Made by a program: the position numbers and the translations under genes. From assembly GCA_036785375.1 (NCBI GenBank), contig JAWMAR010000023.1:6324001-6388000 (forward strand): DNA of 64,000 nt. The letters run 5' to 3'. Below the pieces are notes generated by a model, which saw nothing but the letters and a program-made list of their open reading frames with translations, was not told the DNA's origin and did no database searches. Source of the stretch: Leucoraja ocellata. Lineage: Eukaryota. Shown piece by piece: positions 15,001-30,000 of this stretch (positions are counted from its first letter, which is position 1; every line of letters begins with the position of its first letter).

Positions 15001-18000
15001 CACATTCCTCATCGGAATCATATTCCACATCAGTGAAAGCTTCCTCAACAACAGAACCTTCATCAGAATCACATCCTACAATAGCAGCATCCACGATGCC
15101 CACATCCTCTCTGGAAACAACTCCAAAAACCCAGCAATCTTCAAGAACTGAACTATCATCACAATCCAATCCAAGCACAACCAATGTTTCATCAGTCACT
15201 GAGTCCTCTTCAGAAACACATTTAACAACATCAAGTTTATCACAGGTAACTGAGTCCTCAACAGAAACATACTCCAGTTCGACGCCGGTTTCATCAAAAA
15301 CTGAATCACCCTCAGAGAGCCATCAGACCACAGAGTTGCCTTCAAGCTCCTTGTCCTCATCAAAAACACATCCAACAACATTACAGGAATCATCATCAAC
15401 AGAGCTTCCAACAACAGCATATCCAACATTGACATCTGCTTCATCTGTTAGTGTGTCCCCATCTGAAACCCACCTAACAACAACACCACTATCATCGCCA
15501 ACTCAGTCCTCAGCAGAGACCTATCCAACAATACAAACATCCACAAACAAACCTTCATCAGAAACACACCCGACAACAGTGGAATCGTCAAGCACACAGC
15601 ATTCAACGCAAACACATCAAAGTTCAACGGAAGTTTCATCAGTCACTGTGTCGCCAGTTGAATCCCACTCCACAAGCTCATCATTTTCATTGGTTACTCA
15701 ATCCCCGTCAGAAACACGTTCAACATCTGCACAAGCATCAGTGACAACTGAAACTTCATCGGAATCCCATCCAACTACAGAGGCATCTCGAATCACAATG
15801 TCCCCTTCAGAAAGACAGCCAACAGCACATGAATCATCAAGTACAGAGCAGTCAACACAAACTCATGGAACAACATCAGAAATTCCCTCAGAAAGTGCGT
15901 CCTCATCAAAAACCCTCGCAACAACAACAACGTCACCTTTGGTCACTGGGAGCTCAGCGGTAACTTATTCTCAATCATCGCAAATCACATCCTCCAACAA
16001 ATCTGCAACAGTACCACATCCAACTACAGAAGAATCATCGATCACTGTCTCCTCACCTGAAACACGTCAGACAAATACACAGGAACCTTTTACATCGGCA
16101 TATCCAAAGACAACACAAGCTTCAACAGAAACTATTTTGACAACAGAAACACATTTAACAACACCAATCTCAAAGGAAACGGAGCCTCCATCAGTAACCT
16201 ACCCACGCACAACAGAAGGCTCATCCACAACAGAATTTTCCTCACCAACACCGAATGGTAGACAGGCATCAGCAGCCACATTGTCCACAGCTGAAACACG
16301 GTCAGAAACGCAGGAATCAATAAGAACGGAGCATTCAACACAAACCAATGCAAACACGACACAGAATTCTTCAGAAAGTGTGACTGTTTCAGAACCACAT
16401 TTTACAACGCAATTTTCAGTCACAACACATTCCTCATCGGAATCATATTCCACATCAGTGAAAGCTTCCTCAACAACAGAACCTTCATCAGAATCACATC
16501 CTACAATAGCAGCATCCACGATGGCCACATCCTCTCTGGAAACAACTCCAAAAACCCAGCAATCTTCAAGAACTGAACTATCATCACAATCCAATCCAAG
16601 CACAACCAATGTTTCATCAGTCACTGAGTCCTCTTCAGAAACACATTTAACAACATCAAGTTTATCACAGGTAACTGAGTCCTCAACAGAAACATACTCC
16701 AGTTCGACGCCGGTTTCATCAAAAACTGAATCACCCTCAGAGAGCCATCAGACCACAGAGTTGCCTTCAAGCTCCTTGTCCTCATCAAAAACACATCCAA
16801 CAACATTACAGGAATCATCATCAACAGAGCTTCCAACAACAGCATATCCAACATTGACATCTGCTTCATCTGTTAGCGTGTCCCCATCTGAAACCCACCT
16901 AACAACAACACCACTATCATCGCCAACTCAGTCCTCAGCAGAGACCTATCCAACAATACAAACATCCACAAACAAACCTTCATCAGAAACACACCCGACA
17001 ACAGTGGAATCGTCAAGCACACAGCATTCAACGCAAACACATCAAAGCTCAACGGAAGTTTCATCAGTCACTGTGTCGCCAGTTGAATCCCACTCCACAA
17101 GCTCATCATTTTCATTGGTTACTCAATCCCCGTCAGAAACACGTTCAACATCTGCACAAGCATCAGTGACAACTGAAACTTCATCGGAATCCCATCCAAC
17201 TACAGAGGCATCTCGAATCACAATGTCCCCTTCAGAAAGACAGCCAACAGCACATGAATCATCAAGTACAGAGCAGTCAACACAAACTCATGGAACAACA
17301 TCAGAAATTCCCTCAGAAAGTGCGTCCTCATCAAAAACCCTCGCAACAGCAACAACGTCACCTTTGGTCACTGGGAGCTCAGCGGTAACTTATTCTCAAT
17401 CATCGCAAATCACATCCTCCAACAAATCTGCAACAGTATCACATCCAACTACAGAAGAATCATCGATCACTGTCTCCTCACCTGAAACACGTCAGACAAA
17501 TACACAGGAACCTTTTACATCGGCATATCCAAAGACAACACAAGCTTCAACAGAAACTATTTTGACAACAGAAACACATTTAACAACACCAATCTCAAAG
17601 GAAACGGAGCCTCCATCAGTAACCTACCCACGCACAACAGAAGGCTTATCCACAACAGAATTTTCCTCACCAACACCGAATGGTAGACAGGCATCAGCAG
17701 CCACATTGTCCACAGCTGAAACACGGTCAGAAACGCAGGAATCAATAAGAACGGAGCATTCAACACAAATCAATGCAAACACGACACAGAATTCTTCAGA
17801 AAGTGTGACTGTTTCAGAACCACATTTTACAACGCAATTTTCAGTCACAACACATTCCTCATCGGAATCATATTCCACATCAGTGAAAGCTTCCTCAACA
17901 ACAGAACCTTCATCAGAATCACATCCTACAATAGCAGCATCCACGATGGCCACATCCTCTCTGGAAACAACTCCAAAAACCCAGCAATCTTCAAGAACTG

Positions 18001-21000
18001 AACTATCATCACAATCCAATCCAAGCACAACCAATGTTTCATCAGTCACTGAGTCCTCTTCAGAAACACATTTAACAACATCAAGTTTATCACAGGTAAC
18101 TGAGTCCTCAACAGAAACATACTCCAGTTCGACGCCGGTTTCATCAAAAACTGAATCACCCTCAGAAAGCCATCAGACCACAGAGTTGCCTTCAAGCTCC
18201 TTGTCCTCATCAAAAACACATCCAACAACATTACAGGAATCATCATCAACAGAGCTTCCAACAACAGCATATCCAACATTGACATCTGCTTCATCTGTTA
18301 GTGTGTCCCCATCTGAAACCCACCTAACAACAACACCACTATCATCGCCAACTCAGTCCTCAGCAGAGACCTATCCAACAATACAAACATCCACAAACAA
18401 ACCTTCATCAGAAACACGCCCGACAACAGTGGAATCGTCAAGCACACAGCATTCAACGCAAACACATCAAAGTTCAACGGAAGTTTCATCAGTCACTGTG
18501 TCGCCAGTTGAATCCCACTCCACAAGCTCATCATTTTCATTGGTTACTCAATCCCCATCAGAAACACGTTCAACATCTGCACAAGCATCAGTGACAACTG
18601 AAACTTCATCGGAATCCCATCCAACTACAGAGGCATCTCGAATCACAATGTCCCCTTCAGAAAGACAGCCAACAGCACATGAATCATCAAGTACAGAGCA
18701 GTCAACACAAACTCATGGAACAACATCAGAAATTCCCTCAGAAAGTGCGTCCTCATCAAAAACCCTCGCAACAGCAACAACGTCACCTTTGGTCACTGGG
18801 AGCTCAGCGGTAACTTATTCTCAATCATCGCAAATCACATCCTCCAACAAATCTGCAACAGTATCACATCCAACTACAGAAGAATCATCGATCACTGTCT
18901 CCTCACCTGAAACACGTCAGACAAATACACAGGAACCTTTTACATCGGCATATCCAAAGACAACACAAGCTTCAACAGAAACTATTTTGACAACAGAAAC
19001 ACATTTAACAACACCAATCTCAAAGGAAACGGAGCCTCCATCAGTAACCTACCCACGCACAACAGAAGGCTCATCCACAACAGAATTTTCCTCACCAACA
19101 CCGAATGGTAGACAGGCATCAGCAGCCACATTGTCCACAGCTGAAACACGGTCAGAAACGCAGGAATCAATAAGAACGGAGCATTCAACACAAATCAATG
19201 CAAACACGACACAGAATTCTTCAGAAAGTGTGACTGTTTCAGAACCACATTTTACAACGCAATTTTCAGTCACAACACATTCCTCATCGGAATCATATTC
19301 CACATCAGTGAAAGCTTCCTCAACAACAGAACCTTCATCAGAATCACATCCTACAATAGCAGCATCCACGATGGCCACATCCTCTCTGGAAACAACTCCA
19401 AAAACCCAGCAATCTTCAAGAACTGAACTATCATCACAATCCAATCCAAGCACAACCAATGTTTCATCAGTCACTGAGTCCTCTTCAGAAACACATTTAA
19501 CAACATCAAGTTTATCACAGGTAACTGAGTCCTCAACAGAAACATACTCCAGTTCGACGCCGGTTTCATCAAAAACTGAATCACCCTCAGAAAGCCATCA
19601 GACCACAGAGTTGCCTTCAAGCTCCTTGTCCTCATCAAAAACACATCCAACAACATTACAGGAATCATCATCAACAGAGCTTCCAACAACAGCATATCCA
19701 ACATTGACATCTGCTTCATCTGTTAGTGTGTCCCCATCTGAAACCCACCTAACAACAACACCACTATCATCGCCAACTCAGTCCTCAGCAGAGACCTATC
19801 CAACAATACAAACATCCACAAACAAACCTTCATCAGAAACACACCCGACAACAGTGGAATCGTCAAGCACACAGCATTCAACGCAAACACATCAAAGTTC
19901 AACGGAAGTTTCATCAGTCACTGTGTCGCCAGTTGAATCCCACTCCACAAGCTCATCATTTTCATTGGTTACTCAATCCCCATCAGAAACACGTTCAACA
20001 TCTGCACAAGCATCAGTGACAACTGAAACTTCATCGGAATCCCATCCAACTACAGAGGCATCTCGAATCACAATGTCCCCTTCAGAAAGACAGCCAACAG
20101 CACATGAATCATCAAGTACAGAGCAGTCAACACAAACTCATGGAACAACATCAGAAATTCCCTCAGAAAGTGCGTCCTCATCAAAAACCCTCGCAACAGC
20201 AACAACGTCACCTTTGGTCACTGGGAGCTCAGCGGTAACTTATTCTCAATCATCGCAAATCACATCCTCCAACAAATCTGCAACAGTATCACATCCAACT
20301 ACAGAAGAATCATCGATCACTGTCTCCTCACCTGAAACACGTCAGACAAATACACAGGAACCTTTTACATCGGCATATCCAAAGACAACACAAGCTTCAA
20401 CAGAAACTATTTTGACAACAGAAACACATTTAACAACACCAATCTCAAAGGAAACGGAGCCTCCATCAGTAACCTACCCACGCACAACAGAAGGCTCATC
20501 CACAACAGAATTTTCCTCACCAACACCGAATGGTAGACAGGCATCAGCAGCCACATTGTCCACAGCTGAAACACGGTCAGAAACGCAGGAATCAATAAGA
20601 ACGGAGCATTCAACACAAACCAATGCAAACACGACACAGAATTCTTCAGAAAGTGTGACTGTTTCAGAACCACATTTTACAACGCAATTTTCAGTCACAA
20701 CACATTCCTCATCGGAATCATATTCCACATCAGTGAAAGCTTCCTCAACAACAGAACCTTCATCAGAATCACATCCTACAATAGCAGCATCCACGATGGC
20801 CACATCCTCTCTGGAAACAACTCCAAAAACCCAGCAATCTTCAAGAACTGAACTATCATCACAATCCAATCCAAGCACAACCAATGTTTCATCAGTCACT
20901 GAGTCCTCTTCAGAAACACATTTAACAACATCAAGTTTATCACAGGTAACTGAGTCCTCAACAGAAACATACTCCAGTTCGACGCCGGTTTCATCAAAAA

Positions 21001-24000
21001 CTGAATCACCCTCAGAGAGCCATCAGACCACAGAGTTGCCTTCAAGCTCCTTGTCCTCATCAAAAACACATCCAACAACATTACAGGAATCATCATCAAC
21101 AGAGCTTCCAACAACAGCATATCCAACATTGACATCTGCTTCATCTGTTAGTGTGTCCCCATCTGAAACCCACCTAACAACAACACCACTATCATCGCCA
21201 ACTCAGTCCTCAGCAGAGACCTATCCAACAATACAAACATCCACAAACAAACCTTCATCAGAAACACACCCGACAACAGTGGAATCGTCAAGCACACAGC
21301 ATTCAACGCAAACACATCAAAGCTCAACAGAAGTTTCATCAGTCACTGTGTCGCCAGTTGAATCCCACTCCACAAGCTCATCATTTTCATTGGTTACTCA
21401 ATCCCCATCAGAAACACGTTCAACATCTGCACAAGCATCAGTGACAACTGAAACTTCATCGGAATCCCATCCAACTACAGAGGCATCTCGAATCACAATG
21501 TCCCCTTCAGAAAGACAGCCAACAGCACATGAATCATCAAGTACAGAGCAGTCAACACAAACTCATGGAACAACATCAGAAATTCCCTCAGAAAGTGCGT
21601 CCTCATCAAAAACCCTCGCAACAGCAACAACGTCACCTTTGGTCACTGGGAGCTCAGCGGTAACTTATTCTCAATCATCGCAAATCACATCCTCCAACAA
21701 ATCTGCAACAGTATCACATCCAACTACAGAAGAATCATCGATCACTGTCTCCTCACCTGAAACACGTCAGACAAATACACAGGAACCTTTTACATCGGCA
21801 TATCCAAAGACAACACAAGCTTCAACAGAAACTATTTTGACAACAGAAACACATTTAACAACACCAATCTCAAAGGAAACGGAGCCTCCATCAGTAACCT
21901 ACCCACGCACAACAGAAGGCTCATCCACAACAGAATTTTCCTCACCAACACCGAATGGTAGACAGGCATCAGCAGCCACATTGTCCACAGCTGAAACACG
22001 GTCAGAAACGCAGGAATCAATAAGAACGGAGCATTCAACACAAACCAATGCAAACACGACACAGAATTCTTCAGAAAGTGTGACTGTTTCAGAACCACAT
22101 TTTACAACGCAATTTTCAGTCACAACACATTCCTCATCGGAATCATATTCCACATCAGTGAAAGCTTCCTCAACAACAGAACCTTCATCAGAATCACATC
22201 CTACAATAGCAGCATCCACGATGGCCACATCCTCTCTGGAAACAACTCCAAAAACCCAGCAATCTTCAAGAACTGAACTATCATCACAATCCAATCCAAG
22301 CACAACCAATGTTTCATCAGTCACTGAGTCCTCTTCAGAAACACATTTAACAACATCAAGTTTATCACAGGTAACTGAGTCCTCAACAGAAACATACTCC
22401 AGTTCGACGCCGGTTTCATCAAAAACTGAATCACCCTCAGAGAGCCATCAGACCACAGAGTTGCCTTCAAGCTCCTTGTCCTCATCAAAAACACATCCAA
22501 CAACATTACAGGAATCATCATCAACAGAGCTTCCAACAACAGCATATCCAACATTGACATCTGCTTCATCTGTTAGTGTGTCCCCATCTGAAACCCACCT
22601 AACAACAACACCACTATCATCGCCAACTCAGTCCTCAGCAGAGACCTATCCAACAATACAAACATCCACAAACAAACCTTCATCAGAAACACACCCGACA
22701 ACAGTGGAATCGTCAAGCACACAGCATTCAACGCAAACACATCAAAGCTCAACGGAAGTTTCATCAGTCACTGTGTCGCCAGTTGAATCCCACTCCACAA
22801 GCTCATCATTTTCATTGGTTACTCAATCCCCGTCAGAAACACGTTCAACATCTGCACAAGCATCAGTGACAACTGAAACTTCATCGGAATCCCATCCAAC
22901 TACAGAGGCATCTCGAATCACAATGTCCCCTTCAGAAAGACAGCCAACAGCACATGAATCATCAAGTACAGAGCAGTCAACACAAACTCATGGAACAACA
23001 TCAGAAATTCCCTCAGAAAGTGCGTCCTCATCAAAAACCCTCGCAACAGCAACAACGTCACCTTTGGTCACTGGGAGCTCAGCGGTAACTTATTCTCAAT
23101 CATCGCAAATCACATCCTCCAACAAATCTGCAACAGTATCACATCCAACTACAGAAGAATCATCGATCACTGTCTCCTCACCTGAAACACGTCAGACAAA
23201 TACACAGGAACCTTTTACATCGGCATATCCAAAGACAACACAAGCTTCAACAGAAACTATTTTGACAACAGAAACACATTTAACAACACCAATCTCAAAG
23301 GAAACGGAGCCTCCATCAGTAACCTACCCACGCACAACAGAAGGCTTATCCACAACAGAATTTTCCTCACCAACACCGAATGGTAGACAGGCATCAGCAG
23401 CCACATTGTCCACAGCTGAAACACGGTCAGAAACGCAGGAATCAATAAGAACGGAGCATTCAACACAAACCAATGCAAACACGACACAGAATTCTTCAGA
23501 AAGTGTGACTGTTTCAGAACCACATTTTACAACGCAATTTTCAGTCACAACACATTCCTCATCGGAATCATATTCCACATCAGTGAAAGCTTCCTCAACA
23601 ACAGAACCTTCATCAGAATCACATCCTACAATAGCAGCATCCACGATGGCCACATCCTCTCTGGAAACAACTCCAAAAACCCAGCAATCTTCAAGAACTG
23701 AACTATCATCACAATCCAATCCAAGCACAACCAATGTTTCATCAGTCACTGAGTCCTCTTCAGAATCACATTTAACAACATCAAGTTTATCACAGGTAAC
23801 TGAGTCCTCAACAGAAACATACTCCAGTTCGACGCCGGTTTCATCAAAAACGGAATCACCCTCAGAGAGCCATCAGACCACAGAGTTGCCTTCAAGCTCC
23901 TTGTCCTCATCAAAAACACATCCAACAACATTACAGGAATCATCATCAACAGAGCTTCCAACAACAGCATATCCAACATTGACATCTGCTTCATCTGTTA

Positions 24001-27000
24001 GTGTGTCCCCATCTGAAACCCACCTAACAACAACACCACTATCATCGCCAACTCAGTCCTCAGCAGAGACCTATCCAACAATACAAACATCCACAAACAA
24101 ACCTTCATCAGAAACACACCCGACAACAGTGGAATCGTCAAGCACACAGCATTCAACGCAAACACATCAAAGCTCAACGGAAGTTTCATCAGTCACTGTG
24201 TCGCCAGTTGAATCCCACTCCACAAGCTCATCATTTTCATTGGTTACTCAATCCCCGTCAGAAACACGTTCAACATCTGCACAAGCATCAGTGACAACTG
24301 AAACTTCATCGGAATCCCATCCAACTACAGAGGCATCTCGAATCACAATGTCCCCTTCAGAAAGACAGCCAACAGCACATGAATCATCAAGTACAGAGCA
24401 GTCAACACAAACTCATGGAACAACATCAGAAATTCCCTCAGAAAGTGCGTCCTCATCAAAAACCCTCGCAACAGCAACAACGTCACCTTTGGTCACTGGG
24501 AGCTCAGCGGTAACTTATTCTCAATCATCGCAAATCACATCCTCCAACAAATCTGCAACAGTATCACATCCAACTACAGAAGAATCATCGATCACTGTCT
24601 CCTCACCTGAAACACGTCAGACAAATACACAGGAACCTTTTACATCGGCATATCCAAAGACAACACAAGCTTCAACAGAAACTATTTTGACAACAGAAAC
24701 ACATTTAACAACACCAATCTCAAAGGAAACGGAGCCTCCATCAGTAACCTACCCACGCACAACAGAAGGCTTATCCACAACAGAATTTTCCTCACCAACA
24801 CCGAATGGTAGACAGGCATCAGCAGCCACATTGTCCACAGCTGAAACACGGTCAGAAACGCAGGAATCAATAAGAACGGAGCATTCAACACAAACCAATG
24901 CAAACACGACACAGAATTCTTCAGAAAGTGTGACTGTTTCAGAACCACATTTTACAACGCAATTTTCAGTCACAACACATTCCTCATCGGAATCATATTC
25001 CACATCAGTGAAAGCTTCCTCAACAACAGAACCTTCATCAGAATCACATCCTACAATAGCAGCATCCACGATGGCCACATCCTCTCTGGAAACAACTCCA
25101 AAAACCCAGCAATCTTCAAGAACTGAACTATCATCACAATCCAATCCAAGCACAACCAATGTTTCATCAGTCACTGAGTCCTCTTCAGAATCACATTTAA
25201 CAACATCAAGTTTATCACAGGTAACTGAGTCCTCAACAGAAACATACTCCAGTTCGACGCCGGTTTCATCAAAAACGGAATCACCCTCAGAGAGCCATCA
25301 GACCACAGAGTTGCCTTCAAGCTCCTTGTCCTCATCAAAAACACATCCAACAACATTACAGGAATCATCATCAACAGAGCTTTCAACAACAGCATATCCA
25401 ACATTGACATCCGCTTCATCTGTTAGTGTGTCCCCATCTGAAACCCACCTAACAACAACACCACTATCATCGCCAACTCAGTCCTCAGCAGAGACCTATC
25501 CAACAATACAAACATCCACAAACAAACCTTCATCAGAAACACACCCGACAACAGTGGAATCGTCAAGCACACAGCATTCAACGCAAACACATCAAAGTTC
25601 AACGGAAGTTTCATCAGTCACTGTGTCGCCAGTTGAATCCCACTCCACAAGCTCATCATTTTCATTGGTTACTCAATCCCCGTCAGAAACACGTTCAACA
25701 TCTGCACAAGCATCAGTGACAACTGAAACTTCATCGGAATCCCATCCAACTACAGAGGCATCTCGAATCACAATGTCCCCTTCAGAAAGACAGCCAACAG
25801 CACATGAATCATCAAGTACAGAGCAGTCAACACAAACTCATGGAACAACATCAGAAATTCCCTCAGAAAGTGCGTCCTCATCAAAAACCCTCGCAACAGC
25901 AACAACGTCACCTTTGGTCACTGGGAGCTCAGCGGTAACTTATTCTCAATCATCGCAAATCACATCCTCCAACAAATCTGCAACAGTATCACATCCAACT
26001 ACAGAAGAATCATCGATCACTGTCTCCTCACCTGAAACACGTCAGACAAATACACAGGAACCTTTTACATCGGCATATCCAAAGACAACACAAGCTTCAA
26101 CAGAAACTATTTTGACAACAGAAACACATTTAACAACACCAATCTCAAAGGAAACGGAGCCTCCATCAGTAACCTACCCACGCACAACAGAAGGCTTATC
26201 CACAACAGAATTTTCCTCACCAACACCGAATGGTAGACAGGCATCAGCAGCCACATTGTCCACAGCTGAAACACGGTCAGAAACGCAGGAATCAATAAGA
26301 ACGGAGCATTCAACACAAACCAATGCAAACACGACACAGAATTCTTCAGAAAGTGTGACTGTTTCAGAACCACATTTTACAACGCAATTTTCAGTCACAA
26401 CACATTCCTCATCGGAATCATATTCCACATCAGTGAAAGCTTCCTCAACAACAGAACCTTCATCAGAATCACATCCTACAATAGCAGCATCCACGATGGC
26501 CACATCCTCTCTGGAAACAACTCCAAAAACCCAGCAATCTTCAAGAACTGAACTATCATCACAATCCAATCCAAGCACAACCAATGTTTCATCAGTCACT
26601 GAGTCCTCTTCAGAATCACATTTAACAACATCAAGTTTATCACAGGTAACTGAGTCCTCAACAGAAACATACTCCAGTTCGACGCCGGTTTCATCAAAAA
26701 CGGAATCACCCTCAGAGAGCCATCAGACCACAGAGTTGCCTTCAAGCTCCTTGTCCTCATCAAAAACACATCCAACAACATTACAGGAATCATCATCAAC
26801 AGAGCTTTCAACAACAGCATATCCAACATTGACATCCGCTTCATCTGTTAGTGTGTCCCCATCTGAAACCCACCTAACAACAACACCACTATCATCGCCA
26901 ACTCAGTCCTCAGCAGAGACCTATCCAACAATACAAACATCCACAAACAAACCTTCATCAGAAACACACCCGACAACAGTGGAATCGTCAAGCACACAGC

Positions 27001-30000
27001 ATTCAACGCAAACACATCAAAGTTCAACGGAAGTTTCATCAGTCACTGTGTCGCCAGTTGAATCCCACTCCACAAGCTCATCATTTTCATTGGTTACTCA
27101 ATCCCCGTCAGAAACACGTTCAACATCTGCACAAGCATCAGTGACAACTGAAACTTCATCGGAATCCCATCCAACTACAGAGGCATCTCGAATCACAATG
27201 TCCCCTTCAGAAAGACAGCCAACAGCACATGAATCATCAAGTACAGAGCAGTCAACACAAACTCATGGAACAACATCAGAAATTCCCTCAGAAAGTGCGT
27301 CCTCATCAAAAACCCTCGCAACAGCAACAACGTCACCTTTGGTCACTGGGAGCTCAGCGGTAACTTATTCTCAATCATCGCAAATCACATCCTCCAACAA
27401 ATCTGCAACAGTATCACATCCAACTACAGAAGAATCATCGATCACTGTCTCCTCACCTGAAACACGTCAGACAAATACACAGGAACCTTTTACATCGGCA
27501 TATCCAAAGACAACACAAGCTTCAACAGAAACTATTTTGACAACAGAAACACATTTAACAACACCAATCTCAAAGGAAACGGAGCCTCCATCAGTAACCT
27601 ACCCACGCACAACAGAAGGCTTATCCACAACAGAATTTTCCTCACCAACACCGAATGGTAGACAGGCATCAGCAGCCACATTGTCCACAGCTGAAACACG
27701 GTCAGAAACGCAGGAATCAATAAGAACGGAGCATTCAACACAAACCAATGCAAACACGACACAGAATTCTTCAGAAAGTGTGACTGTTTCAGAACCACAT
27801 TTTACAACGCAATTTTCAGTCACAACACATTCCTCATCGGAATCATATTCCACATCAGTGAAAGCTTCCTCAACAACAGAACCTTCATCAGAATCACATC
27901 CTACAATAGCAGCATCCACGATGGCCACATCCTCTCTGGAAACAACTCCAAAAACCCAGCAATCTTCAAGAACTGAACTATCATCACAATCCAATCCAAG
28001 CACAACCAATGTTTCATCAGTCACTGAGTCCTCTTCAGAATCACATTTAACAACATCAAGTTTATCACAGGTAACTGAGTCCTCAACAGAAACATACTCC
28101 AGTTCGACGCCGGTTTCATCAAAAACTGAATCACCCTCAGAGAGCCATCAGACCACAGAGTTGCCTTCAAGCTCCTTGTCCTCATCAAAAACACATCCAA
28201 CAACATTACAGGAATCATCATCAACAGAGCTTTCAACAACAGCATATCCAACATTGACATCCGCTTCATCTGTTAGTGTGTCCCCATCTGAAACCCACCT
28301 AACAACAACACCACTATCATCGCCAACTCAGTCCTCAGCAGAGACCTATCCAACAATACAAACATCCACAAACAAACCTTCATCAGAAACACACCCGACA
28401 ACAGTGGAATCGTCAAGCACACAGCATTCAACGCAAACACATCAAAGTTCAACGGAAGTTTCATCAGTCACTGTGTCGCCAGTTGAATCCCACTCCACAA
28501 GCTCATCATTTTCATTGGTTACTCAATCCCCGTCAGAAACACGTTCAACATCTGCACAAGCATCAGTGACAACTGAAACTTCATCGGAATCCCATCCAAC
28601 TACAGAGGCATCTCGAATCACAATGTCCCCTTCAGAAAGACAGCCAACAGCACATGAATCATCAAGTACAGAGCAGTCAACACAAACTCATGGAACAACA
28701 TCAGAAATTCCCTCAGAAAGTGCGTCCTCATCAAAAACCCTCGCAACAGCAACAACGTCACCTTTGGTCACTGGGAGCTCAGCGGTAACTTATTCTCAAT
28801 CATCGCAAATCACATCCTCCAACAAATCTGCAACAGTATCACATCCAACTACAGAAGAATCATCGATCACTGTCTCCTCACCTGAAACACGTCAGACAAA
28901 TACACAGGAACCTTTTACATCGGCATATCCAAAGACAACACAAGCTTCAACAGAAACTATTTTGACAACAGAAACACATTTAACAACACCAATCTCAAAG
29001 GAAACGGAGCCTCCATCAGTAACCTACCCACGCACAACAGAAGGCTTATCCACAACAGAATTTTCCTCACCAACACCGAATGGTAGACAGGCATCAGCAG
29101 CCACATTGTCCACAGCTGAAACACGGTCAGAAACGCAGGAATCAATAAGAACGGAGCATTCAACACAAACCAATGCAAACACGACACAGAATTCTTCAGA
29201 AAGTGTGACTGTTTCAGAACCACATTTTACAACGCAATTTTCAGTCACAACACATTCCTCATCGGAATCATATTCCACATCAGTGAAAGCTTCCTCAACA
29301 ACAGAACCTTCATCAGAATCACATCCTACAATAGCAGCATCCACGATGGCCACATCCTCTCTGGAAACAACTCCAAAAACCCAGCAATCTTCAAGAACTG
29401 AACTATCATCACAATCCAATCCAAGCACAACCAATGTTTCATCAGTCACTGAGTCCTCTTCAGAATCACATTTAACAACATCAAGTTTATCACAGGTAAC
29501 TGAGTCCTCAACAGAAACATACTCCAGTTCGACGCCGGTTTCATCAAAAACTGAATCACCCTCAGAGAGCCATCAGACCACAGAGTTGCCTTCAAGCTCC
29601 TTGTCCTCATCAAAAACACATCCAACAACATTACATGAATCATCATCAACAGAGCTTCCAACAACAGCATATCCAACATTGACATCCGCTTCATCTGTTA
29701 GTGTGTCCCCATCTGAAACCCACCTAACAACAACACCACTATCATCGCCAACTCAGTCCTCAGCAGAGACCTATCCAACAATACAAACATCCACAAACAA
29801 ACCTTCATCAGAAACACACCCGACAACAGTGGAATCGTCAAGCACACAGCATTCAACGCAAACACATCAAAGTTCAACGGAAGTTTCATCAGTCACTGTG
29901 TCGCCAGTTGAATCCCACTCCACAAGCTCATCATTTTCATTGGTTACTCAATCCCCGTCAGAAACACGTTCAACATCTGCACAAGCATCAGTGACAACTG